A stretch of DNA of 64,000 bases from Eledone cirrhosa (Eukaryota): the NCBI GenBank assembly GCA_964016885.1, contig OZ024742.1:95294001-95358000 (forward strand), read 5' to 3'. Shown here piece by piece: positions 39,887 to 52,539 of the stretch (position 1 is its first letter; every line of letters begins with the position of its first letter). Below the pieces are notes generated by a model. It worked only from the letters and a program-made list of their open reading frames with translations. It was not told the origin of the DNA and did not search any database. The position numbers were made by a program, and so were the translations under genes.

Positions 39887-40271
39887 CATATAATTAAATA
39901 AACGTACATAAATAAATAAATAAATACGGATATAACAAGCGCACACATACCTACATGTAAATACTCTTATGTTCGGAGACGTACGTCAACCAAAACACGA
40001 TGTACACATATACACACACCCTACATACGTACGAACCCGCATACTCACACAGACGCAAAACTCACGTATACACATAACCAAAAGCATATGTACCAGAAAA
40101 AATAATATATACACCATAACATATACAATCAAATATACGTATGAGAAAGTATACGTACCTTCACAAAACATACAGGTAATATATACTTACCTATACAAAT
40201 AAGTAATGGTATAAACATAACATGTATTTAGCTACCACACCAAGACGTAAAATATCCGAGTATAGTTCGTA

Positions 40272-41717
40272 CTATCCGTTAGGGTATAATGTGGGGCTGT
40301 AATACAGGAAGGTTTTGTGCAATTTATGTTTACACGCCGAAATTGCCTCAGATTTTTTGTTTAAGATGTGGTCTTTGGCGTAGAGTATTTCCAGGGCTTC
40401 AGAGGCGCAAAGATCGCATGGTCTTTTATTTCCGTTATACGATCTAGTCCTAGCTAGGATCTCCCAGTGTAACTTATATTGGGTGTGGTTGTCTTTTAGA
40501 CTCCAGATATAAGCTGAAAGTGACGTCATATTCCTTCTTAAAGGGTAACGAAAAGAATGGGTATGCATGTAAAGACGCTGCTTGAATCTATTGGCGGTTA
40601 ACCCTATGTAGCCCCTACGGGACGTGGGTGTTTCAACCTTACATTTGTAGACAATGTTACTAGAGAGGCCTTTCCCGGAGAGGAGGCAGTCAACCCGATT
40701 CCTACAATTACAGTTAGTACTAACTACGGGGGTGCACGTGTCCTACGGCTAGGTAATTTAGCTAAATTTGAAGCTGTGATGTTATGTGCAAGGTTAAGAG
40801 TCGTAGAGTAAGACATTTTAATAGTATTTCTATTAAGAATTTTACTATGTTTATGTGTAGGGGGAAATGCTTCATAATAAGGGAGAGAAAGATCTTAGCT
40901 AATGGTGTGGCCACCTCCATATTATATGGTCGCTTATACCCTATAATGCATCGGGATCTGTTTCTTCTAGGTCTATTCTCGTACTCTGTATATGCTAACT
41001 TATCGACAAATCCACTCCGAGCAAGAGCTTCGTTGTAATATGTGGAATGGTCGTTGAAAATATGCTCGTTAGTAGATAGACGGGAAAGCCTCAAAGAAAC
41101 GTTTCTTATCAGGTTCTTGGTTATGCTGGCAGGATGGTTAGAATGCTTACTTATGTAATTAAGCGTATCATTCGGCTTTCTATACGGGTAATGCAAGCCA
41201 TTCGATAAATTGAGGGTAACGTCGAGGTAATTAACGATTGAGAGGTTGGCCTCAACCTGTATGTAGAGGTTGAAGCCTTTAAAGAAGCCTGTGAGTTCTT
41301 TTCTGAACCTGTCGCAAGCACGCGGGCCCAACTTAGTCATGGACCATCATCACGGTACAAACCACCGCCCACGTTGGGGAATTCTTCCTTGATAGAGAAA
41401 AGAAGGAAAAGGCCGATAAGATCAGTAACCTCCGCAGAATTACTGGCGATCATACTCACGTCGAATGGGGTACTATTAGATTTATTAATCCAAATAGAGT
41501 CGTCGAAATTAATCACTGACTTGCGGGCATTGAGGTTGACATGAACTTCGAAATCCTTAACCACTGTGGGTGTTTTAGCGAAATTGATAGCTCTAAGGAG
41601 AAGCGGTAAAGTGATGGAGGGGTAGCAATTATTGATGTCGAATTGGATAAAACGGCAATGTTCCTTGTTGCATATGCCGTTGAACCAATCAATTACCGCG
41701 AAAGAATTGTTCCACAG
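40272..41717 (-). pseudogene. Penelope RT (partial) and GIY-YIG endonuclease
   Basis: FIQFDINNCYPSIT, GLYRDDG, VNYLDVTLNL, SNHP; CNC..C..NIVYKC..GYIGLT..FKQR..H..SF, TSLSAYIW, CDLC.SE, LNKKSE..CKH. Confidence 0.9.
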
Positions 41718-41979
41718 TATTCTTAACTCTGAAGTCGAGAATCATTCGGTTTCTTATTTAGAATTTTAGTCTACGACTTCAGTTATACCATTTACATGGT
41801 TTTGTCTTTGGGTGCAATTGTTCTCCCGCTCCACACATGACGTATTATCTTCGTTTTCCCGTTCATTGCCAGAGAACGTCTCTATGAACCACCTAATAGA
41901 ATATTAGTCTACGACTTCTTTTATACCATAAACGTGGTTTTGTCTTTGCGTGTAATTGTTTTACACTGCTCCAAATAAT

Positions 41980-42156
41980 TGTTTCTACTTTAGGCACAAG
42001 GCCAGCAATTACCCAGTGCATTACTGGTACTTTATTTTATCGACCCCGTAAGGATGAAAGGCAAAGTCAACCTCGGCAGGATTTGAACTCAGATCGTTAA
42101 GGGACGTAACTATGCTGGAAAGCATGGCGTCCGACTCTCTACCGATACTGCCAATC
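41980..42156 (-). mobile_element. Young SINE inserted in the Penelope pseudo-LTR, with ~16-bp TSD
   Basis: cactgctccaaataat at 41964-41979 and 42157-42172; the SINE is absent from the other pseudo-LTR copy (~37900). Confidence 0.85.
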
Positions 42157-42514
42157 CACTGCTCCAAATAATGACGTATTATATTAGTTTTTTTCCCGTT
42201 CTTTGCCAGGGAACGTTTCCACGAACCAAAGTATTGTCTTCCTGTCTTCCTCCGGTTGCAACGTTTCTTGAAATATTCACTTCTGTGTTCACAGATTGAC
42301 TTTGTTAGTTTCAGAAGATCCCGTTAAAGGTGAAAGCAGCGATTCTTTGCTTAAACTTCAATTTGTTATTTTAATATATATATATATATATATATAAATA
42401 ACAGATTAATGCATGCTTAAGCAAAGAATTGCTGCTTTCACCCTTAACGGGATCTTCTGAAACTAAAAAAATCAATCTGTGAACGCAGAAGTAAATATTT
42501 CGAAAATCGTTACA

Positions 42515-42568
<54 letters not shown>

Positions 42569-42821
42569 GCACACACACATAACGCCCAATGTTATATCTA
42601 TGTATCTATCTAAAAAGAAAGACTAAGAATTATAGAGAGAGATCGCTAAATCGCCTAATGCGGTCCCTATGGCATTGAAAATTTGAAATTCTTTTTCTCA
42701 AAACACTCCTAGGACCATACGTATTATATGTGTAAGTTTAAAAGCAATCGGCTGGGTGGTTCTCAAGTTTTAGGGAGCTGACAGACAGACAGACATACAT
42801 TCTCTGTTTTAGATATATAGA

Positions 42822-43113
42822 TAAGCTGAAGAGAGAAATCAAGAAACTGTGGAGAATCAGACGCATAGAAGTGGTACCGTTTGTGATTGGCACACTGGGA
42901 GCAGGTTGGATGCATGGCTTGAGAAGCTAGGAATTACCATCAGGACAAGATTGTCGCTGGGAACAGCAAGAATTCTAAAGGTGTTACAAATTTGAAGGAG
43001 AAGGAATGACTCTAAGGACCTTTGACCATTGGCTATGGCTCGCTCTTTTGGCATAGTGTTGGTATAACATCTGCCGGAACAAAAGTGTTACCAATAATAA
43101 TAATAATAATAAT
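42822..43113 (+). mobile_element. Older Dong-like 3' fragment with (AAT)n tail
   Basis: LKREIKKLW..IEVVPFVIGTLG..LGTARIL, followed by a TAA repeat. Confidence 0.65.
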
Positions 43114-43199
43114 ATTGGTTCCTAATTTATGCACAAGGCCTGCAATATGGACAGAAGGAATGCTGATTTTATCAACGCCAGTATTTGACTAGTACTTTA

Positions 43200-43525
43200 T
43201 TATATATACCCCAGAAATACTTGGTAACAAGACACAGCCCTCTGTTGGTTATTATAGTCCTCAAGGCCATGACAGAGGAATTCAAAACCCATTGTTCAGA
43301 GGCACTCTTATATGTAGGTGATCTACCCCTTATAGCTTATCTCATCGAAAAACTAGAAGTAATTCTAGACACGGAAACAAAAGCTTGAATCAATAGGCCC
43401 CCAAATAATAATCTTAGAAGAGGATAAGACTCTGCTATTATTAGGGAAATAGTCATGCTCAATATGTAGAAAAGTTGTATTGGATGGAATTCCATATGGT
43501 GTAATCACTGTAGACTGTGGGATGA
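43200..43525 (+). pseudogene. Decayed RTE RT fragment
   Basis: SPLLVIIVLKAMTEEFKTHCSEALLYVGDL matches SPLLFIIALLAVTEEFKTDCPWELLYADD. Confidence 0.7.
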
Positions 43526-43769
43526 CAAATAGGCTGACAATACCAATTTCGTTTTAGTTTATCTCAAACTACATTATATAACTCATGTTAAACTCCTTAT
43601 GATTTCATAACACATAGCTGGCCATTTAATTGTGTTTATATTTAAATTAAAACCTTTCATCATAAGTTTATGGAAACACCTTTGTTAAGTTATGTTCCAA
43701 ACACCAGCTTAATAATGAAAAGGTTAGTATTATTAAATTCTTGATTATTTTAAAACAGATCAAATCTGG

Positions 43770-44480
43770 CTTGAACCAACACCACCTCACCTACCTCCAT
43801 TCTGCCTTGCAGCCAAACAGTGGTGGGTGGCTCAATTCAGTGACTTCTTCATAAACCGGTTCCCTTCTTGATGATGAGTCCACTTGCATTGGATTAACCT
43901 AATGACTCAGCCACTGCCACATAAATGCCATTGTGGGAGCAGTCAATGAGTTTGGCCTCCACCCATTATCATGCCACCAGAGCACAGGCTGGTTCCTCCG
44001 ACATTCCACTTTTAATGACATAATGAGAAGAAGCCTTGATGCAGTTGGCTTCCCATCACAACTGGAGCCAGTAGGACTTGAGCGTGGTGATAGTAAGTGC
44101 CCAATGGAATTACGCTCTTCCCTTTTGAAGGAGGTAAATTCCTCATCTGGGACATGACATGCTGTAGCATGTTCTCTGCCTCTGACTTTGTCACTTTAGC
44201 CAGAAGCCCTGGTATGGTGGCTCACAATGCAGAGGACAGGAAGACAAGCAAATATTGGAGTTCGTTCAGCTGCTTCCTCTTTGCACTGCTCACCGTTGAG
44301 ATCTCAGGTGTCGTCAGACCCTGAACAGCTGACCTCCTCCGTAAATTTGGATCAATGAAGAATGAGCCCTGTGAGGTGTGGTGGTTGTTGCAGCATGAGT
44401 TGCCAACCATTGTCTGTGGAAATGTCTTTGCTATTTTGTCTGCAGGGCACAGCCGAAACAACGGTCTGATCTAGGTATAG
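43770..44480 (+). pseudogene. CRE-like non-LTR element C-terminus (zinc knuckle and RLE); smaller relic at ~22960-23090
   Basis: CHCG..GLHPLSC..RH..ND..RSL..EPVGL.RGD.K.P.GITL.P..GK.LIWD.TC..AE.RK..KY. Confidence 0.65.
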
Positions 44481-45349
44481 AATCTTTCACCCTCTCCCCT
44501 TCACTCTTTCTTTCTTCCTTTGTCTAGTCCTTGTTTTTCCCCTCCTTTTCCTCTAATTTATTTAATTTATATTCCTTTCCAATGTTGCTCTCTTTTTCTG
44601 TATGCCTATATAACTCTACTACAAAGTAAAATTGTCTTTTCAAACTTATTTCAAAATTATGCAACATATATTTCATAAGATGGTAACGAAAAGCTGAATA
44701 TCTTTTTTTCTTTTTCAAACAAAATATAGTGATTTTGGGGACTGTTAATTAATACCCGTTGATTGATTTGAGTTATTAATTTGTAAGAGGATTGAATGCA
44801 AATTTTATCTATACAAAATTGTTTGGAAGTATGGAAACAAATTATATAAATAATTATTTGTTTTTTCCTAGGGCTGAAACAGGGGCAATTCGTTGCTGTT
44901 CTTCATAGCCTGATTTACTATAATTCACTTGTTTGTTGTTTACTTGAAACTTGTGGCTTTATCCCATTGGCTTTAATAACTTCTCTGTTTTCATCTCCTC
45001 TGCTGTCAACATGTTTGTGCACAATGTACTGTGTGGTACTAAAGCTATCTGTTAGCAGTGTTGTACCATTGTACAGGATGGTAGATTAGCAGATTAGTTA
45101 CTGTGTCAGATGAAATGCATAGCAGTATTTTGTTATGACCCAGCAGTCAAGGACGTGTCAATGTTTAGAATGTGTTCAAATGTTCCTAGTACATTCTATA
45201 AAGCAATTGGTATTAGGAAAGGCATCCAGCCATAGAAATCCAAGCGAAAAATGGAGCATATAAGCAAGGAGTTGGTACTTGACCTGTCTAGGCTCACAAT
45301 GTTACAAACTGTCTAACCCATCCAAGCATGGAAAATATACATTAAATAG

Positions 45350-45389
<40 letters not shown>

Positions 45390-46183
45390 ACCTGCAATGG
45401 TCTAGCATCCTATGCTTGAAAATATTTTTCTCCCAGTTATTCAATACCATCAAACCAGGGCTAAGCAGTAGCCCTTAACTTCCTGAAAGATTTACAAGTA
45501 TTTTATGCTAGAGTTAATTGATGCAGGAAATCAAGGTTGTTTTGGGATATTGCATTTCATCTGGGTGAAGAAGGTAGAATGAAGAGAGAAAAAGAGAGAG
45601 AAAGTAAGAATACATTGTTGTTTCTGTCGTATGTCACAAAATGGCTGAGTTGGTAGGGCATAAAAGAGTGTGATTTATTTATGTTATTTCTTTATCTCTT
45701 TGAACTTTGAGTTCAAATTCAACCAAGCTCAACTTTATCATTCAACCTTTCAAGATCAACAAAAAAAGTTCCAGTCAAGGTTGGTGGGTTAGCAGATTTG
45801 TTAGAGTACTAGAAGATATTTATTGTATCTGTTACAGGTTTTTGAGTTTTCAGTTCAAAACTTGCTAAGGTCTACAATGGTCACTTTAACACAACCTCCT
45901 GGCATTTAGATGCAGAGTCTACTTTGTTTAAAGCAATCAGTCCAGGATACTGATTTGAGAATACCTTCCTCTTTTCAACCCAAGTGTCATAGACAGTGAC
46001 ATACCCTCCTTGATTAAACAGTAATTAAACCTAAAGCTAATGCATCCTCAAATCAACAACAACACCATTTCTTCATTTTCTTGAATCTCAGAAAAAGAAC
46101 AATATTCAAAGACATTAGTTTCTTAACCACTTTCTAGCAATTAACCTCTTTAACTTTTCTATATACTCTTTTAAGCCTTTTCA

Positions 46184-46371
46184 CACCAAGTTATCCAAGA
46201 CCATTTCAATTTCTATGATACAAACCCCATCATTTTAAAATGCTTATATCAAAATTAAAACTTCCCACTATACACAACTTTTGAAATTTATTTATGATGG
46301 GAAGTTTTAATTTTGACATCAGCATTTCTAAATATGTCATAGAAATTGAAATGGTCTTGGATAACTTGGTG
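46184..46371. repeat. Long inverted repeat (fold-back of the MITE-like 5' half)
   Basis: caccaagttatccaagaccatttcaatttctatga pairs with tcatagaaattgaaatggtcttggataacttggtg; inner arms tcaaaattaaaacttccca and tgggaagttttaattttga. Confidence 0.85.
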
Positions 46372-48787
46372 GGAGACGGCCATTCAATAAACTGTTGTTT
46401 TTTTTGTGGAGCAAGAGTTTCCTAGTCTTCATTAAGCTTCTAGGAGAAGGTCACTCTGATATAAAACCTGCGATTTTGTTTGCTTCCAACGATGTAGATC
46501 AGTTCTTCTTTTTGGGTAAATGCATTCAATATTCAGAAAGTGAGATTGGCCCAGTGCAAAGCCTTTCCTCACTTAAAAAAGGATTAAACTCAGACATCAC
46601 TTGATGTGGGACATTTTTATTGTGATGCATGGTATTGTTGGAATAAAAAGCCACGTCTTTGATGCTCATGCTTAAGTATGATGTTGTGGCATTACTCGAA
46701 ATTGAGTTGTACCCATCATGTATGTATGTGTGTATGCATGGATAGATAAATGGAAGGGTCTATTTATGTATGAGGAAAGCTCATCTTGATATTTTATCTC
46801 CTTGTTCTGTCACACTGAAGTGCAGAGTCTCAGGTGGTTGTTGTCTCATGGTCCCAACAGAGAAAAATGGAAAACTGTTACTCAAGAAAATAGCTAAGCA
46901 GATGTACTGAAGAAAACATTCCAACTCATGGGTGGACGGGCTCATTCTTGCAGGTGGCCAACTACACCCAAATAGCAGTAGGTAAAGAGGTGGTCCAGGC
47001 ACCCATTTGCCATTGGTTTGATGATAAACTAGTTATCAGCAGAACTGTAGGTCTTCCAAGGTCAGTCTATACAAGAATTAATTCTTCACTTAAAGCAAAG
47101 AACTTGTATGACAGAAGAAATCAACTTAAGTATTTTCTATATCAGATTTCATAATAAAACCATTTTAATATGGTTTCTCGTATCTACTCTTTTTCTCATT
47201 CATATATATATATATATACCCACAGTTACATATGTATGTATGTACGTATATGTGTTTGTATGTGTGTATATGAATATATGTATGTGTATGTGTGTATATT
47301 GTGTGTGAATATGTATATATAAGCAAATGTATGGAAAGATATTGTTTTGTTAATATTGAAGAAGCTAAATATAAAAATATAAAATAAACAAATAAAATAA
47401 AATAATTTAGTTGTAGAAAAGAAATCTGTAATTCAAACAAACTGTCTTGGGAAATCTTCTGAAGTTATTTCAATATTACTAGTATTGTTATTGTTGTTGT
47501 ATTGTTATCATAGCTGCTGCTGCTCTTTTTGTTATGTTGTTATCGTCGATGGTGGTGTGTAGTTGTTGTGGTTATTGTTATTTTCAGTGTATTGTCATAG
47601 ATGTTGATATTGATGTGATTATTCTTGCTTTTATGATGTCATTACTGTTGCTGCTGTTGATGTTGTTGTTGGTGGGGGTGTAGTCATTTTGTTATTGTTG
47701 ATGTGCATAGTTGTTGGTATATTGTTCTTGTTGATGTTATAATATTTCTTTGTTGTCATTACTGTTATTCTTATCAATGTTGATGTTGTTATATTGTTGC
47801 TGTGTTTCCATTGCTGTTATTTTTCTCAATGTTGCTGATGATAATGTTGGTTTGTAGTTATTATTGTGATGGGCGAAATAATTTGTCAAAAACAATATCC
47901 AGCTTCTTATCATTTGCTGTTTACATAGAACTGTACATCTTTGTATTTGTTATTTCTGTTATTATTATTTGTTGTTGTTATTGATGTATAGCTCTGTATC
48001 TCCATGGACCCTGAATTCCTAATGGAATCACAGTGGTGCCTTCATGATGTTTAAACCTAGTAGAGTCCATTCTTCTCTGAGTCTGAACACAACAATATTC
48101 TTCCATAGGTGTGAGAAATCAAGAGATAGAGGAAGTATTGACCTCTCATACTGAACTGGTACTTTATTTACCAACTTTGAAAGATTAAAAGCAAAGTTGA
48201 CACTAGTAGGATTTGCACACAAACAGCAGAGATCCAGGACGAATACTGACATACTACCTGACATTCTAATATCTCTGCAGTTTAGCACCCTAGTTACATT
48301 TCTATTGTTGTAGACACCTTGTTTGCTCCTAATACAAACAACAATTTGGTCACATTAGCTCTTAATATTGGACTGTAGAAAATGCAGTCTAACTAATTTT
48401 CTTAGTGTAATCATAGCACGAAGTGTCAAAACTTGGTTCATCAGCTTGACAAACTGTAATTTAAAATTATTTTAGTGGGGGCACACATTGTATAGATAGT
48501 CAAGAGCACTAAATTCCCAGGTGACAACCCTAGTTGTACGAGCTTCAGAAATACAATTTTATCATTCAAGTTGACTCACATTGCCTGAGGAAAGAAAACA
48601 AATTTTGGAGCAAACTTTGAAGTTCTGGTAAAAACCATGCCAGGTAATGGAAAGGATGAGCAAGATGTGGTTCTTTGATACATCTAGTCTGTCTCAAACT
48701 ATGACAACCCATCTAACTTTTCTCTGGAGAGAAAGAAGATATAAAATAAGGATTAGAATGATTATACAAATATTTATATGTATAATG

Positions 48788-48818
<31 letters not shown>

Positions 48819-48843
48819 ATATATATATGTGTGTGGGTATGTG

Positions 48844-48874
<31 letters not shown>

Positions 48875-48886
48875 ATTTACATATGT

Positions 48887-48925
<39 letters not shown>

Positions 48926-50362
48926 TATACACAGTAATACAGAAGACCTGACTTCCCACAAGCACAGGCCGAAGATGAAACATATATATAATATGCACCA
49001 AGGAGGTGGTGATTCCGCAATAAAAAGGATCCAGTACTCTCTGTAAATTGATAGTGCTAGTGCCATGATAAAAGGCACCCAGTAGCCTCTATAAAGGAGT
49101 TGACATTACGAAGAGTATTCAGCCATAAACCTCATGCCAAAAGGAAAAGTGTGAATAAGATGTTGACCTCTGACACTTCTTATCTGAGTCTGTGACAACC
49201 TGCTCAACTTATGCCAGGATGGAAAGGAGATATAAGCTAAGGATGCTGATGATAACTACAAGTGCAATAATGAGTCATTCACCCTTCTATAAATAGCAAA
49301 TATGTCTCCCTTAGATCACCTATGCACCAGCTTAAACACAGTCATGGCAGAAATGCTTTTGATCATAGATCTTTCCAGGGGAATCTTTACATGGTCGAAG
49401 ATGAAAGCTGGGTGGAATAGAAGCCACATATCCCATCTTAAAAATATAGAGTTATTGCTAGAATGCTTTGACTATAGATCAACCAAAGAGAATCTTGAAA
49501 TGGCTGAAATTGAGATTGTGCTTTCGTATGTGTGTATGTGTATTGGTTTCAAAATCATTAGAACCAGGATTTGATCCCACTGTATGGCATCTTGGACATG
49601 TGTCATTTACAGTAGTTTCTAATGGAATCTATATATAATCCAAAGAGCTAGCTTTGTGACATTGTCATGCTGAATCAACCTAAAAATTACATTAAGGGTA
49701 CACGTATCTGTGGACTCTTCAGCCACTTAGATGTTAACCTCATGAGCAGGTTATTCCATTGACTGAACAAATTGAGCATTTATCATTGAAACCAACACCC
49801 AATTCAATGGATGTATGCTATTTGAAAGTGGTGTATCCTCCAAAAACAGAACAACACATTACCCACTAAAACATAATGATGATAAAGATGATGATAATAT
49901 TGATCATCATCATTTTACATTTCTTTTACTTGTTGGCATGGGCTGGATGTGTTGACAGGACAATTGATTACGTTTTGCTCATATGTACATTTTGACTTGA
50001 TATTTATTATTGGATATTCTTCCTAATGTCAAATACTTTGCAGAATGTATTGGGTGAATTTTATCCTCACACAGGTACTACCACATTACAGAGTAAGCTG
50101 AGTGCATTTTATTGTGGCACCAGTACAACACCATTAGCGAATATACATACATTTCACCTACTAACGTATTCAAGAAATTATGCATACATACATGCAGAAA
50201 TACACACATACATACATTTTGTTGTTCTTGTAATCAGGTCTCTTCTAATTTTCTAATTAAGATTATTCTTTGAAATCACTTATATAAATTAAAGCAATTT
50301 TGCTAATTAACCTATATATATATAGTTTGATTAACATATACATATAAATACAAACACACACT

Positions 50363-50420
<58 letters not shown>

Positions 50421-50423
50421 AAC

Positions 50424-50454
<31 letters not shown>

Positions 50455-50640
50455 GTGGTAGAACACTGGAAGGTAATATCCGTAGTGGTAGAGCACTCAG
50501 TCCATGGGACAAGTTAGGTAGAAGTGGTTACACAACAGTTAGTTCACCATACCGAGAACAATTGTTTCACCTTCGCGGATCCTCTAAGGTGAAACAATTG
50601 TTCTCGGTATGGTGAACTAACTGTTGTGTAACCACTTCTA
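50455..50640. mobile_element. Penelope-derived small element forming a near-perfect palindrome (same family as 62245-62460)
   Basis: 55-bp arms at 50519-50573 and 50586-50640 are exact reverse complements; the element lies within (TA)n. Confidence 0.7.
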
Positions 50641-51356
50641 TAAATATATATATATATATATAGAATCGAATAAGTAAAAGCGAAGTAGTTTCAGATGTTC
50701 AAGTCCTTTAATAATAATGCTGTGATATATATTTCAATGACGACACTGGCCACACTGTTCTGTGTGCGAGTGTCGTGACATCATCAGACAGCTTGTTACA
50801 TAATAAGGTTATGTTTCCGAGGCAATCCAAGTTGAATCGACATGGGAATGGATGAAGTGTGTGCTTTTGGGTTCTTCATCCGTTCCCCTGTGAGTACCAA
50901 TTCACACCCACCGGTCTGCGCAGACGCATGTCCGAAGGAAGTTGTTCATCAGCTACCGCAAATTTCAACGAAATCCGCTTAGTCATTTCACCCTCTCAGC
51001 CCAACAATGACCCATTTAGGCCTGTACCATAGTTTGCTGCTACCCGTCCTGTCTGTGGCAGTCAGCCGAAAGCCGGAGGGGATGGGAGAGTGTTAGTTTT
51101 TACAGGTCACAATACTACCTCTCACCAAGCATGGACAGTACGACTGACCATCAACTCCCAAGAGAAAATATACTTAATTCTAGGTATCATGGTTTTACAT
51201 TGGAAGTTATGAGTGAGAGTTGGAAATAAAAATTAAAATCCTAAATCAAAAATCAGAAATTATAAATTAAACAATTAAAAAATTAACAATTAGAAATTAA
51301 AAAATTTTTCAAGTGAGAATCCTGATTGAGGTGAGTAAAAAAACATATAGATTGAA

Positions 51357-51453
<97 letters not shown>

Positions 51454-52539
51454 ATTTGTTTTCCATTTTAATTTAATTCACTTTAAATGAAATATGACAA
51501 ATTAATTATCAAAGTCTTGAGGGACTATTGGAGATATTTTGGTTTTGTTGACGTTTTTTTCAAATTTTGATAGAATGTTTTCTCCTTTGTCTGGGTGGTA
51601 GCTGTGGTGGTGGTGCGGTGTTGATGGTGGTGTTGATGGTAGAGCTGATTGTGGTGGTTGTGGTTGTGTAATGGCAATGGTGATGAGGAAGGTGAGTGTA
51701 TCTTGGTGTTGGTTGTGGTGGGATGCAAGCTATTTGTATTAGGTGTGGGATTTTAATGGAAAGAAACCAGCAGACCCCAGCTAAAAATAATTTACAAAAA
51801 CTTTTAATTTTTTTTAAATATGGAGATAAAAAGAAAATTTGTGATAAAGAAATTTAATTTTTCATCATTATTATTGCTTTTAAAATGTTTGTCTTGTCTT
51901 TCATCTCATTCATAAATAGGGATAAAATGAAAATATATAATGAAAAAATTTCAAATGAAGCCAACACACTCTATCCATGACATTCCCATTAAAGTAATAT
52001 TATTTTCCTATATGTTTCTTGTTGTTTAAGTGACATAGATTTGTATATTAGGCATGCCTTAGTTGTTGTTCTTATTGTATTTGTTGATTTAACTATTATT
52101 CTTTCCTTCCAACACTTTCTATGAGGGGGGGAGGGCACCTTTTATTGTAGTTGTAGTTTCTTTCTCTTACTTCCCCTCTTTCCCTCTCTCTCTCCTGCCA
52201 CTATTGTTATATTTGTTGTTCATTCAATCTGTGTATCTCTCTCTCCTGATGTTGTAGTTGTTTTTCTCTCGCTCCCTCTCACCCCCCTCACCTCATCTCT
52301 TTCGCTTCTTTCCCCATGTCTTTCACTCTCCCCCGTCCTCTCTCTTAACACCCCCCTTTCCCATCCCCCCCCTACTCTCCCCCTCTCTCTCATTGTAGTT
52401 GTTAGTGTTCTGTTGTTTTAATAATTGAAGGTAACCAAAAATATATAACCAAAGTTCCGTGACTGCTCTATTTAATTTCTCAGGTTATGTTATATATTAT
52501 CACTTGCTCTATACTGTTGTATCTGTAGAAATCTAATTA

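Noticed and set aside
46395-47050. Possible exon or old retroelement fragment
   Set aside because: I could not read a convincing motif in any frame.
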